Of a stretch of DNA of 64,000 nucleotides, positions 1-13,111 are shown piece after piece. Source of the stretch: an uncultured Collinsella sp. (GTDB lineage: Bacteria > Actinomycetota > Coriobacteriia > Coriobacteriales > Coriobacteriaceae); assembly GCA_900552685.1 (NCBI GenBank), contig USAJ01000001.1:10195-74194 (forward strand), in the 5' to 3' direction. A program made the position numbers and the translations under genes. Each line of letters opens with the position of its first letter. The stretch's first letter is position 1. A model generated the notes under the pieces. The model had not been told where the DNA came from, ran no database searches, and saw nothing but the letters and a program-made list of their open reading frames with translations.

Positions 1-62
1 CATCTTCATCCGGTCTGTTACTTTTAATCTAACAATTCTTTGAGGAACGTAGGTGCTTCCAA

Positions 63-1874
63 ATGTACTGTCGACTTCTTCTCAAACTAATCCTAAGAGA
101 CAAGGCCGTATGGATCTCTACGCTCGTTCTTGCTGTAGCCTTCTCCATCCCCATTGCGTTCAATTCACCCATCTACGGGCCCTTCTTTATGAAGCAGGGC
201 ATGCAGAGCTTTGTCGACGCATTCAATACGCGCGCGCCCCAGGCCGGCGGCATAGACCTATCGCCAGAGCAGCAAGCTGACGCGGAGCTTGCAAGATACG
301 CGAACGCCGCCCTCGCCGCTCAAACCGACGCCGCCTTTCTCGATTCTGCCGAGAGCTACTACGCGCTCATGGGCGAAGGCTTCCAATCCGGGTCCATCGT
401 GGGAGACCGAGAGACCAATGACGCGGCGCTCGCATATTGCCGTGCCCTGAGCAGCTCCGGCATCACGGATATCCCGGCCTCCGCAAACGACCTGCCATTC
501 CTTTCCTTCCTGCCTTACGCCATTGCCACGGCGCCGTCTTTCCTTCCCTTCATCCCCTTCCTTCTCTCGTCGATACTCGTGCTCGGCGCCACAAGGCCCG
601 GGACCCTGGCGGCGAAGGCGCCCGCGCCCAAATTCCGGCGCCTTATCCAGACCGTGTTTTCGATAATCGGCGCGGGGACCGCGATGCTCCTCGCCGGCCT
701 CGCACCCGGGAGCATTTGCGCCTTGGCCCTAAACGGATTCGGGCAGATCGGGTACCCGATCGCCTTCTTCCATGACGGCGCGCTCACTACCACGACCGCG
801 GGAGACGTCTTCACGACCATACTTCTCGCGCTGCTCGCGGGCGGAACCTTGATATCCGTTTGCTCCGCCGTCCTATCGACCGCAACGAGGCGCGTCCTCG
901 CGGGCCCCCTTACCTCCGCGCTGCTTGTCGCGGCCCCGGCATTCCCGTTACTGTCCGATTCGGCACTGGGGCATAACGCCGCGCTCAATCTCCTGCCGCT
1001 GGCCGTGTTCTCGCCTATCGAGGCGACGGGTTACGTGGGATGCTTCCCGACGGAATTCATTGGCTCCGGTTCAGGCAGCGCATCGATGCTTGCCGTGGCC
1101 CTGGCATACGCCGCGGTCCTTTTTGCGGTCGGCGCCGTTGCGGCACGTTCCCCCAAACAGCCTGGACCCGCGAAAAAGCACCATGGGCTCGAGCTTCTGG
1201 ACGCGAGCGTGGGATACGGAAGCACGACGATACTTTCAATCGGGTCGCTTTTCCTGAGCCCGGGAACGGCGGCGGGCCTCGTTGCTCCCAACGGCTCGGG
1301 GAAAACCACCCTTCTTGAAGCGCTGTCGGGCCAATTTCCCACCCGCATCCGCTCGGGAAGCCTGGCGGCAGACGGAATCTGCCAACGTCGATCAGCCGAA
1401 TTCGCAGAACTCGTCTACCTGAGCTCTTCGGGCGGCGCGGATCTCTATCCCACGCTATCGGCCATCGAGCACCTTGCTTTCGTTAGGGAGGCGTGGAAAT
1501 CGGCCGCCGACATCGACTCGCTCTGCAGCTCCCTCGGAATCTCCCCATATCTCGACAAGCCGACCCGTAAACTCTCGACAGGAATGAAGCAGCAGGTAAA
1601 GCTTGCCATGGCGATAGCGACCGGTTGCCCGTACCTCATCCTCGATGAACCGCTGAACGGCCTCGATCCGGGAAAGCGGAAAACCTCCTGCGACGCGATG
1701 CGCAGCGAGGTGGCGCGGGGACGCAGCGTGCTCATCTCAAGCCATCTGCTCGACGACCTGGCAGACCTCACCAACTCGTTCTACTTCATCGAGGCCGGCA
1801 CGCTCGTGGAAAAGATCGAGTCGTCCTCGCAGACGCTCAAGCAGGAATACCTCGATACATACGAGGGAGGTTAA
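63..1874 (+). CDS. ABC transporter, fused permease + C-terminal ATPase
   Basis: Several hydrophobic segments, then Walker A APNGSGKTT, signature LSTGMKQ, Walker B LILDEP and SSH switch. Confidence 0.85.
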   Translation: MYCRLLLKLILRDKAVWISTLVLAVAFSIPIAFNSPIYGPFFMKQGMQSFVDAFNTRAPQAGGIDLSPEQQADAELARYANAALAAQTDAAFLDSAESYYALMGEGFQSGSIVGDRETNDAALAYCRALSSSGITDIPASANDLPFLSFLPYAIATAPSFLPFIPFLLSSILVLGATRPGTLAAKAPAPKFRRLIQTVFSIIGAGTAMLLAGLAPGSICALALNGFGQIGYPIAFFHDGALTTTTAGDVFTTILLALLAGGTLISVCSAVLSTATRRVLAGPLTSALLVAAPAFPLLSDSALGHNAALNLLPLAVFSPIEATGYVGCFPTEFIGSGSGSASMLAVALAYAAVLFAVGAVAARSPKQPGPAKKHHGLELLDASVGYGSTTILSIGSLFLSPGTAAGLVAPNGSGKTTLLEALSGQFPTRIRSGSLAADGICQRRSAEFAELVYLSSSGGADLYPTLSAIEHLAFVREAWKSAADIDSLCSSLGISPYLDKPTRKLSTGMKQQVKLAMAIATGCPYLILDEPLNGLDPGKRKTSCDAMRSEVARGRSVLISSHLLDDLADLTNSFYFIEAGTLVEKIESSSQTLKQEYLDTYEGG

Positions 1875-1878
1875 TGAC

Positions 1879-2223
1879 ATGAAACTATTTGAACAGCTGA
1901 AGTCCAATGCGTCGCGCATGGCTGTCTACGCCATCCTCGTGGCAACGGCTTTATGCGGAATCGCGGCACCCGTCTATGCGCTCAACGGGGAGAAAGGCGA
2001 TGTCGAACCCGCGTACATGGCTTCGACGGTTAAGGACCGGTACAAAGCCTTCTCTGGAGACGCGTTTTACGTAGCAGAGTACGACACGACCTACCGTCAG
2101 CTTCGCTACAACAAGGGCTACGACTATCTAGGCGCAGAGGCAATCAGCTATACGTCGGGTTGGTACCGCTCCAACTATGGACACATAACCCAGTTCAAGT
2201 GTAACTACCGTGTGTACAACTAA
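1879..2223 (+). CDS. Small secreted Tyr-rich protein (possible bacteriocin-like peptide)
   Basis: GGAGG RBS; Sec-type signal peptide ending VYA; about 80-aa mature part with 13 Tyr; lies directly after the ABC gene. Confidence 0.65.
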   Translation: MKLFEQLKSNASRMAVYAILVATALCGIAAPVYALNGEKGDVEPAYMASTVKDRYKAFSGDAFYVAEYDTTYRQLRYNKGYDYLGAEAISYTSGWYRSNYGHITQFKCNYRVYN

Positions 2224-2241
2224 AGCAACCGGCCGGGACGA

Positions 2242-2272
2242 GGGGCGACGCAAAAGCGTCGCCCCCGTTTTT
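2242..2272 (+). terminator. Rho-independent terminator
   Basis: GGGGCGACGC-AAAA-GCGTCGCCCC followed by GTTTTT. Confidence 0.75.
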
Positions 2273-2589
2273 AACCATGTCAACTGAACCTAGTTCAGTT
2301 TGGTTGATTTCCGATCTCAGCCGAACACATTGAGCGGAAAGGCCGTTCCCGCAGTCAGTCGAACGTCCCCGGGGCCCTTCTCAGGCCCCGGGGACGGCAT
2401 TTTCCCAGTTGAAGGAACGGTGGAGATGTGTTTCGATGGGTCAGATTCGTGTCGTTCCGAAAAGACCGTGAACCTTTTGTGGGACGCGCGGTGCCGTGGT
2501 ACCATAGCCGAGTTTGTTGTCTTGGTCGGAAACCAAGACGCCTTATGCGCTGATCGGTAACCAGCGCCTGACTAATAAGGAGTCCTACC

Positions 2590-3015
2590 ATGAAGCAGGG
2601 TATCCATCCCCAGTATGTCGAGTGCACGGTGACGTGCTCCTGCGGCAACACCTTCAAGACGCACGCTACCGTGTCCGAGATGAAGGTCGAGCTTTGCAAC
2701 GAGTGCCACCCGTTCTACACCGGCCAGCAGAAGTTCGTCGACACCGGTGGACGCGTCCAGCGCTTCGCCGACAAGTTCGGTGGCGCCGCTGCCGCCCAGC
2801 TCAAGAAGGCTGAGGAGGCCAAGGCTGCCAAGGCCGCCAAGGCTGCTGAGGCCGAGGCCGCTCGCAAGGCCGCCGCTGAGGCTAAGGCTGCCGAGAAGGC
2901 TAAGCGTGCCGCTAAGTTCGCCGAGGAGGCTGCCAAGCAGGCCGCCGAGGCTCCCGCAGAGGCTCCCGTCGAGGAGGCCGCTGCCGAGGCTGAGACCACC
3001 GAGGCTGCTGAGTAA
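2590..3015 (+). CDS. rpmE: 50S ribosomal protein L31 (Zn-binding type) with Ala/Lys/Glu-rich C-terminal extension
   Basis: [13 protein letters not shown]...[10 protein letters not shown]...GRVQRF; AAGGAG RBS. Confidence 0.95.
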   Translation: MKQGIHPQYVECTVTCSCGNTFKTHATVSEMKVELCNECHPFYTGQQKFVDTGGRVQRFADKFGGAAAAQLKKAEEAKAAKAAKAAEAEAARKAAAEAKAAEKAKRAAKFAEEAAKQAAEAPAEAPVEEAAAEAETTEAAE

Positions 3016-3050
3016 ATAGCTCGCCGCGGAATCGCTCGCATTCATGGCAT

Positions 3051-3086
3051 AAGGGCCGTGCATCCGTTTGGGTGCGCGGCCCTTTT
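3051..3086 (+). terminator. Terminator after rpmE
   Basis: AAGGGCCGTGCATCC...GGGTGCGCGGCCCTTTT hairpin. Confidence 0.7.
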
Positions 3087-3090
3087 CTAT

Positions 3091-3218
3091 TGGTGAAACG
3101 AACCTGTTCCCATGGCACCAGATTGGTGCGAGGGGGCAGGTTCGTTTGCGCCAAATGGCAGAGAGACAGCGTTTTCCCAGATAAAAGCTGCCAAAATAAA
3201 CCTGTCCCTTTTTGGCAG
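3091..3218. repeat. Family D palindromic repeats (AACCTGTCCC core), three units
   Basis: Inverted pair 3091-3120 and 3124-3153, plus CTGCCAAAATAAACCTGTCCCTTTTTGGCAG at 3188-3218. Confidence 0.7.
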
Positions 3219-3351
3219 GTTGGTCGTAGTTATTACGTGGCGGTCGAGGTCGACCGTATAGGCCGCGCCTTGTTTGGCTAAAGTACATTTATCTGTGTTT
3301 AACTCGCCCAAGGCTGCATGGCGTGGGCGATGGCCAAAAAAGGAAAACCAC

Positions 3352-6158
<2,807 letters not shown>

Positions 6159-6159
<1 letters not shown>

Positions 6160-7307
6160 TGGTCGAGGCTTTAGAGGTAACGCCCGCCGAGCTCGACGCG
6201 TTTGCGGACCGGCTCGGCGAGGTCGAGTCGTATCTTCATTTGGACGAGAAGCGCACGCGCGTGACCGAGCTCGAGGCCAAAAGCGTGGCCCCTGGCTTTT
6301 GGGATGATGCCGACGCCGCTCGCGCCACCATGGAGGAGATCGCTCGCGCCAAGGAAGATATCGCTGCCGTGGATACCGCGCGCGGCGAGCTATCTGACGC
6401 CCGTGCGGCGCTGGAGCTTGCCGAGGAGATGGGGGATGACCCCGATGCCGTCGCCCTTCGCGAGGAGGCTACAGCCACGGCTGAGCGCCTGGCCCGTGCC
6501 ATCGATGAGCTTGAGCTTTCGAGCTGGTTTACCGGTGAGTTCGATCACGGCGATGCCATCGTGACCATCAAGCCCGGACAGGGTGGTCTGGAGGCCCAGG
6601 ACTGGACCTTCATGCTCTTTAAGATGTACATGAAGTACTGCCAGCGTCGCGGCTGGAAGGTCACCATCAACGACTGTCCCGCGGCCGAGGTCATCGGCAT
6701 CGACCGCGCGACCTTTACCGTCGAGGGCAAGGACGCATTTGGCATGCTGCGCGCCGAGGCCGGCGTCCACCGCTTGGTTCGCATTAGCCCCACCGACGAC
6801 AAGAAGCGCCGCCAGACCACGTTTGCCGGCGTCGAGGTCATCCCCGTGCTACCCGATGATATCGACATCGAGATCAGCCCCGATGACATCCGCGTGGACG
6901 TGTACCACGCGAGCGGCCCGGGCGGTCAGGGTGTCAACACCACCGACTCCGCCGTGCGCGTGACGCATTTCCCCAGCGGCATTGTGGTTACCTGCCAAAA
7001 CGAGCGCAGCCAGATCCAGAACAAGGCCGCGTGCATGCAGATCCTCAAGGCTCGCCTGTACGAGATTGAGCTCGAGAAGCGCGCCGAGGCGCTCGATGAG
7101 ATTCGCGGACCCAAGACCACGATCGGTTTTGGCAACCAGATTCGCAGCTACGTGCTCTACCCGTACCAGATGGTCAAGGATCTGCGCTCGGGCGTTGAGA
7201 CCAGCAATGTCGAGGCAGTTCTTGACGATGGCGACCTGGACCCGTTTGTTATTGGTTACCATCGCTGGGCCACCGGCAACGCCGATGCAGAAGGCTCGGA
7301 GGTCTAA
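6159..7307 (+). CDS. prfB: Peptide chain release factor 2
   Basis: GVHRLVRISP and GPGGQGVN motifs; TAATG overlap with the secA stop; single reading frame. Confidence 0.95.
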
Positions 7308-7472
7308 AACATCGGGCGGTTTCAAGCCGATGCTAAGCCCAACGGTTGGACGGGTTTGTATCCGGAATAAACCCTGCGCAGGGGTGGTTTTTGTCCGGCA
7401 AATCGGTAGAATCGAATACAAGAAGAAGTTCAAAGCGCATCCGATGGGGTGCGCTTTTTTGAGGGAGGCAGC

Positions 7473-8363
7473 ATGGCATATCGTCTGGACATCAAGCGCA
7501 TTCTTTCGATGAACTTCTTTCACGATCTGCCCCAGATCATGTTGGGGTGTGCCTTGGCCGCCATCGCGACCGACCTGTTTTTGATTCCCAACGGCCTTGC
7601 TGCCGGTGGCGTTACGGGCCTTGCCACCATTATCCAGGCGGTCGGCGCATCGCGCGGCCTATCGCTTCCCGTTGGTATTCAGACGATCGTGATGAATGCC
7701 TTGCTGCTGCTGGTCGTTATGCGCGAGGGCGGCATGTTCTACGTGGTGCAGACCGCGACGGGCTTTGTGCTGCTGGGCTTCTTTACCGATCTGTTCGCCC
7801 CGTTTGTAGCACCTCTGGCGGATGCGGACCTGATGCTTCCCGCTATGTGGGGCGGCATTATTACGGGCATCGGTTACGGCATGGTGTTGCGCGCCGGCGC
7901 CAACACCGGCGGCTCGGACACGATTGGCCAAATCATCTCGCGTAACACCTCGCTGCCGGTGGGCTCGACCGTCATGGCAATCGATGTTGCCGTGTGCGCG
8001 CTGTCGGCTCCGGTCTTTTCAATCGAAAACGCGCTATATGCAGGCCTTTCGATGGTCATTAGCGGCTACGTGATCGATGCCGTGGTCGATGGTGGCAACA
8101 AACGCCGTATGGTACTCATCATCTCGGACAAGTTCCCTGATATCGCTGCCGATATCATGTATGGCCTGGGTCGTGGTTGTACCAAGTTTAAGGCGACTGG
8201 CATGTATTCGGGTGCCGAGAAGCCGGTGATTATGGTCATCGTGAGCCGTCGAGAGCTCAATACCCTCAAGACGATCGTGCGCGAGCGCGATCCTCACGCC
8301 ATTGTGACGGTCGCTGACGTTACGGAAGCCTTCGGCGAGGGATTCAAGGACATTAGCGCGTAG
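7473..8363 (+). CDS. YitT family membrane protein
   Basis: GLAAGGVTG, NTGGSD and C-terminal DPHAIV...GEGF motifs. Confidence 0.85.
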   Translation: MAYRLDIKRILSMNFFHDLPQIMLGCALAAIATDLFLIPNGLAAGGVTGLATIIQAVGASRGLSLPVGIQTIVMNALLLLVVMREGGMFYVVQTATGFVLLGFFTDLFAPFVAPLADADLMLPAMWGGIITGIGYGMVLRAGANTGGSDTIGQIISRNTSLPVGSTVMAIDVAVCALSAPVFSIENALYAGLSMVISGYVIDAVVDGGNKRRMVLIISDKFPDIAADIMYGLGRGCTKFKATGMYSGAEKPVIMVIVSRRELNTLKTIVRERDPHAIVTVADVTEAFGEGFKDISA

Positions 8364-8570
8364 GGTCGACTGCGTTCCATCCAAAAGACGTTCACATTGA
8401 TAAACCGTTTCATCAGCGGTTCTGCCTGCTAAATTGTTCAAATAATGATAAAAACTCTGGTAAAGCCATCAGTTTCCAGCATAATGAATGACGTACGTGC
8501 ATTGCGGCTGTGTTGGGATTACCTTCGGTGCCGTGCGCATTTTGTCTAATGAGGATGAAAGGAAGGCACA

Positions 8571-9401
8571 ATGAGCGACGAAGAGCTCAAAAAGGTTGCC
8601 AACGAGGTAAGGAAGGGCATCGTCACCGGCGTGCACGCTGCCAAGTCCGGCCATCCGGGCGGTTCGCTCGGCGCTGCCGACATCATGACCTATCTGTACT
8701 TTGAGGAAATGAACGTCGACCCGGCCGATCCCCGCAAGGCCGATCGCGACCGTTTTGTGCTCTCCAAGGGCCATTGCGCTCCGGGCCTGTACGCCGTGCT
8801 CGCCGAGCGTGGGTTCTTCCCCAAGGAGGATCTCGAGACGCTGCGCCATATCGGCAGCCACCTGCAGGGTCATCCCAACATGAACGACACCCCGGGCGTC
8901 GACATGTCCACCGGCTCGCTCGGCCAGGGTATCTCCGCCGCCGTGGGTATGGCCGTTGCCGCCAAGCACTGGGGCGATACTTACCGCACGTACGCCCTGC
9001 TGGGCGATGGCGAGAGCGAGGAGGGCCAGGTCTGGGAGGCCGCCATGTTTGCCGGCAACCAGCAGCTCGATAACCTCTGCGTGATCGTCGACCACAACGG
9101 CCTGCAGATCGACGGCCCCGTCGAGGAGGTCAACGACCCCATGCCGCTCGCCGACAAGTTCCGCGCGTTCAAGTTCCACGTGGTGGAGCTCGCCGACGGC
9201 AACGACTTCGACCAGATCCGCGCCGCCTTTGCCGAGGCTCGCGCCACCAAGGGGCAGCCGACCGCCATTATCGCCGAGACCCTGAAGGGCAAGGGCGTGT
9301 CCTTTATGGAGAACCAGGTTGGTTGGCACGGCAAGGCCCCCAACGATGAACAGTTTGAGCAGGCCATGGCAGAGCTCACGGCCGCCGGAGAGGAGCTCTA
9401 G
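8571..9401 (+). CDS. Transketolase, N-terminal subunit
   Basis: SGHPGGSLG, DRFVLSKGH, TPP motif GDGE-x-EGQVWEA. Confidence 0.93.
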   Translation: MSDEELKKVANEVRKGIVTGVHAAKSGHPGGSLGAADIMTYLYFEEMNVDPADPRKADRDRFVLSKGHCAPGLYAVLAERGFFPKEDLETLRHIGSHLQGHPNMNDTPGVDMSTGSLGQGISAAVGMAVAAKHWGDTYRTYALLGDGESEEGQVWEAAMFAGNQQLDNLCVIVDHNGLQIDGPVEEVNDPMPLADKFRAFKFHVVELADGNDFDQIRAAFAEARATKGQPTAIIAETLKGKGVSFMENQVGWHGKAPNDEQFEQAMAELTAAGEEL

Positions 9402-9402
9402 G

Positions 9403-10344
9403 ATGGCAGACGTCAAAAAAATCGCCACGCGCGTAAGCTACGGCGAGGCCCTCGTCGAGCTCGCCAACGAGCACGATGACTTTGTGGTCCTCGACGCCGA
9501 CCTGGCCGCCGCCACGCAGACCGGTAAGTTTAAGGCCGCTTGCCCCGACCGCTTCTTCGACGTGGGTATCGCCGAGAGCAACCTGATGGGCGTCGCCGCC
9601 GGTATCGCGACCACCGGCCGCGTTGCCTTCGCGAGCACCTTTGCCATGTTCGCAGCCGGCCGCGCTTTTGAGCAGGTCCGTAACTCCATCGGCTACCCGC
9701 ACCTCAACGTTAAGATTGGTGCCACGCACGCCGGTATCTCGGTGGGCGAGGATGGTGCCACGCACCAGTGCTGCGAGGATATCGCCCTCATGCGCGTCAT
9801 CCCCGGCATGACTGTGATCGTTCCTGCCGACGACGTCGAGGCCCGCGCCGTGACGCGCGCCGCCTACGAGTGCGACGGTCCGGTGTACATGCGCTTCGCT
9901 CGTTTGGCCTCGCCGGTTATCAACGACCCCGAGACCTACAACTTCGAGTTGGGTAAGGGCATTGTCATGCGCGAGGGCGCCGACGTCACCATCATCGCCT
10001 GCGGCCTGATGGTCGGCGAGGCTCTCGAGGCCGCCGAGCAGCTCGCTGCCGAGGGCATCGACGCCGAGGTCATCAACATGCACACCATCAAGCCCATCGA
10101 TGCCGACCTGATCGTCAAGAGCGCCACCAAGACCGGCCACGTCGTGACCGTCGAGGAGCATTCTGTAATCGGTGGCCTGGGCAGCGCCGTTGCCGACGTC
10201 CTGTGCGAGCAGTGCCCGACGCCCCTCAAGAAGATCGGCGTCAACGACACCTTTGGCGAGTCCGGCCCGGGTGCCGAGCTCTTGCACAAGTATGGCCTGG
10301 ACGCCGCCAACATCGTGGCGACCACCAAGGAGTTCTTGGCATAA
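9403..10344 (+). CDS. Transketolase, C-terminal subunit
   Basis: GIAESN, GEDGATHQ, VEEHSVIGGLG. Confidence 0.93.
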   Translation: MADVKKIATRVSYGEALVELANEHDDFVVLDADLAAATQTGKFKAACPDRFFDVGIAESNLMGVAAGIATTGRVAFASTFAMFAAGRAFEQVRNSIGYPHLNVKIGATHAGISVGEDGATHQCCEDIALMRVIPGMTVIVPADDVEARAVTRAAYECDGPVYMRFARLASPVINDPETYNFELGKGIVMREGADVTIIACGLMVGEALEAAEQLAAEGIDAEVINMHTIKPIDADLIVKSATKTGHVVTVEEHSVIGGLGSAVADVLCEQCPTPLKKIGVNDTFGESGPGAELLHKYGLDAANIVATTKEFLA

Positions 10345-10392
10345 GGCAAGGCGGATCTCAAGGACTGCTTCGCCAGAACTATGGAAACCCGG

Positions 10393-10424
10393 CAGGGGCG
10401 CTCTCTTGGAGAGCGCCCCTGTTT
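10393..10424 (+). terminator. Terminator-like hairpin after transketolase
   Basis: CAGGGGCGCTCTC-TTG-GAGAGCGCCCCTG-TTT. Confidence 0.65.
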
Positions 10425-10425
10425 C

Positions 10426-10492
10426 AGTTGCGGTGAAATAGGGACTGATTAGACCTTTTAACTGGTAAAACAGTCCCTATTTCACCGCAACT
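10426..10492. repeat. Family B palindromic element
   Basis: AGTTGCGGTGAAATAGGGACTG-N23-CAGTCCCTATTTCACCGCAACT (perfect 22-bp IR); other copies at 24350, 39706, 63907. Confidence 0.9.
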
Positions 10493-10621
10493 TATGAAGA
10501 CGCCCCTCAAGCACGGTTCCATCAGGGAAAAGGGAATATATCGACAAAGCGCAATTCAGACCCTTCCAACTTTGTATATGCAGCACCCCAAGTAAAACGC
10601 GGCGACCCCTTAGTTACCGCA

Positions 10622-10744
10622 GGCCGGACACAGGGCTACTCTCCAAATCTTTCCGCAGGACGGAGGAGCCCCCGCAGCGCGAAGCGCGCGGCGGGGGCTC
10701 CGACATGTCCGAGGACGATTTGGAGAGTAGCCCTGTGTCCGGCC
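10622..10744. repeat. 123-nt hairpin element (28-bp perfect outer stem, nested inner stems)
   Basis: GGCCGGACACAGGGCTACTCTCCAAATC ... GATTTGGAGAGTAGCCCTGTGTCCGGCC; inner GGAGCCCCCGC/GCGGGGGCTCC. Confidence 0.8.
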
Positions 10745-10848
10745 GACGGGATCCCTAAGCACGCCATGCTTCTTATGTGCAGCAAAGCTAATGCTGCTAA
10801 AATATAAAGCGCTCATGTAGTTTAAACGCACGACGATAAGGAGCACCA

Positions 10849-12069
10849 GTGGGTAACCACTTCCGTACCTCCGGTGCGGGCGATGATGCCCCCAAGACGC
10901 AGGCAGGCGTCCAGGGCAGTCGTTTCGCCACTCCGGATTCAGAGGGCCAGCCTGTTGCTCAGGCCCCCGCTCAGCCGGCAGATCAGGCACAGCCGGCATC
11001 CGATCCCTTTGCCTACAATCCAACCAGCGATGTCGCGCTTTCCGGCACGGCGGGTTTTGAGCCCGTTCAGGCCGTGACCGCTCGCGTGGAGCAGCCTCAG
11101 GCTGGTGCCGCCACGCCGCAGCCTACCATGGCCGGCATTCCCGACCCCTTGGCCCCTGCGACGCCGGCTCCTCAGCCTGCGCAGTCAGGTCTCTTTGCCG
11201 CAATTCCCGACCCCACGCAGCCTGCTGCCCCGGTGGTCGAGAGCGATCAGGCCGCCGAGGTCGCAAGCCTCGATAACGCGCTCAACAACCCCGATTTTAC
11301 GTCGGTGTTTGCGCCCATCGATCCGCAGGCCAGCCGCAAGAAGATGGCCAAGCAGGCCGGTGTCGAGCCCGTCATCCTTATGGAGCATGTCACCAAGATC
11401 TATCCGGCACAGCCCAACAAGCCTGCACTCGACGACATCAACATCGAGATCTATCCGGGCGAGTTCGTCTTCCTGGTCGGTCACTCCGGCTCGGGTAAGA
11501 CCACGCTGCTGTCGACGCTCAACCGCGACGTCAAGCCGACGAGCGGCCGCATCCTGGTTGCCGGTCAGGACCTCATGAAGATCAAGAACCGCAAGGTTCC
11601 GTTCCTGCGCCGCCAGATTGGCGCCGTGTTCCAGGACTTTAAGCTTCTGCCGCAAAAGACCGCCTACGAAAACGTGGCGTTTGCCCTGCAGTGCATCGGC
11701 AAGCCCAAGGGCGTCATTCGCAGCCAGGTGCCCGAGGTGCTGCGTCTGGTCGGCCTAGCCGATCAGATGGACTCGCTGCCCGACCAGCTTTCCGGTGGCG
11801 AGCAGCAGCGCGTTGCCGTCGCCCGCGCTATGGTCAACCGTCCGCCGCTGCTGATCTGCGACGAGCCGACGGGCAACCTCGACCCGGCGATCTCGCTGGG
11901 CATCATGAAGCTGCTCGAGCGTATTAACCGCACTGGCACCACCGTGATCGTCGCCACGCACGACCGCGAGATGGTCGATAGCATGCACCGTCGCGTGATC
12001 GCCCTCGAGGGCGGCCACGTTATCCGCGACCAGGAGAGGGGAGGTTACGGCAACTATGGCACCAACTAA
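10849..12069 (+). CDS. ftsE: Cell division ATP-binding protein FtsE with long Pro/Ala/Gln-rich N-terminal extension
   Basis: GHSGSGKT, LSGGEQQRV, DEPTGNLD; upstream of ftsX; GTG start follows AAGGAG. Confidence 0.92.
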   Translation: MGNHFRTSGAGDDAPKTQAGVQGSRFATPDSEGQPVAQAPAQPADQAQPASDPFAYNPTSDVALSGTAGFEPVQAVTARVEQPQAGAATPQPTMAGIPDPLAPATPAPQPAQSGLFAAIPDPTQPAAPVVESDQAAEVASLDNALNNPDFTSVFAPIDPQASRKKMAKQAGVEPVILMEHVTKIYPAQPNKPALDDINIEIYPGEFVFLVGHSGSGKTTLLSTLNRDVKPTSGRILVAGQDLMKIKNRKVPFLRRQIGAVFQDFKLLPQKTAYENVAFALQCIGKPKGVIRSQVPEVLRLVGLADQMDSLPDQLSGGEQQRVAVARAMVNRPPLLICDEPTGNLDPAISLGIMKLLERINRTGTTVIVATHDREMVDSMHRRVIALEGGHVIRDQERGGYGNYGTN

Positions 12070-12976
12070 CGTGGGCTACTCCTTCAAAGAGGCAATCAGC
12101 CACTTCTTCCGTAACTGGACTACCTCGCTCGGCGCCGTCATCACGATCTTCCTTTCGCTGTTTATCATCGGCCTGTTCATCATGGGCTCTGCGATGCTGA
12201 ACTCCGTGATCGGCACCGTCGAGGATCAGGTTGTCATCAACGCGTTCATTAGCGATGACGCCGATCAGGCTGATGTTCAGGCTTTTGAGGCCGAGCTTAA
12301 GACGTGGAATAACGTCAAGTCCGTGACCTATAAGGACAAGGACGACGCGCTGGCCGAGTATACGAGCAAGATGTCGGGCAACGCCGACGCCACCATGAGC
12401 GCGCTCGATGGCCAGAACCCGCTGCCGGCTTCCTTCGCTATTGAGATGGACGATCCGTCCAAGGTCGAGAGCACGGCAGAGAAGCTCAAGAAGGATGCCG
12501 ATTTTCAGAAGATCGCGGATGACGGCGACGTCAACGCGAGCGTGCTGTACGGCCAGGAGGAAGTGAGCCGCCTGTTCCAGGTGACCAACTACATCCGCAT
12601 CGCCGCCGTGGTGCTCGTTGGCCTGCTGACTTTTATCGCGTTCATCTTTATCAACAACACGATTCGCCTGTCCATTACGGCGCGTCGTCGTGAGATTGCG
12701 ATTATGCGTCTGGTCGGCGCCAGCAACGGCTTCATTCGTGGCCCGTTTATCACCGAGGGCGTACTGCAGGCCATTTTGGGCTCGCTACTTTCCATCGGCG
12801 TTCTAGAGCTGCTGCGCAATCTGATGATTCCGCGTCTGCAGGAGAGCATCGGCTGGATGTCGTTTGCCCTGCCGATGCAGTACTACCTGGTGACCTATGC
12901 TGCGCTGATTCTGGTCGGCGTGATTATCGGTCTCTTTGGTTCTGCCATCGCCATGCGCCGCTACCTGCGCGTGTAG
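12056..12976 (+). CDS. ftsX: Cell division permease FtsX
   Basis: NPLPAS, NTIRLSITARRREIAIMRLVGA...IRGPFITEG. Confidence 0.93.
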   Translation: MAPTNVGYSFKEAISHFFRNWTTSLGAVITIFLSLFIIGLFIMGSAMLNSVIGTVEDQVVINAFISDDADQADVQAFEAELKTWNNVKSVTYKDKDDALAEYTSKMSGNADATMSALDGQNPLPASFAIEMDDPSKVESTAEKLKKDADFQKIADDGDVNASVLYGQEEVSRLFQVTNYIRIAAVVLVGLLTFIAFIFINNTIRLSITARRREIAIMRLVGASNGFIRGPFITEGVLQAILGSLLSIGVLELLRNLMIPRLQESIGWMSFALPMQYYLVTYAALILVGVIIGLFGSAIAMRRYLRV

Positions 12977-13001
12977 GCATGCCTGGAATTCATCCCTTCC
13001 A

Positions 13002-13034
13002 ACGGGTCGTCTCTTATGGGGCGGCCCGTTTTTT
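13002..13034 (+). terminator. Terminator after ftsX
   Basis: ACGGGTCGTCTC-TTAT-GGGGCGGCCCGT followed by T-run. Confidence 0.65.
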
Positions 13035-13111
13035 GATCCCTAGGGGACGGCAGGATGGCGAATCATTTGGGTAGACTCTTTGGAGTCGGCAATCGATAGT
13101 TAGGAGGCGCC

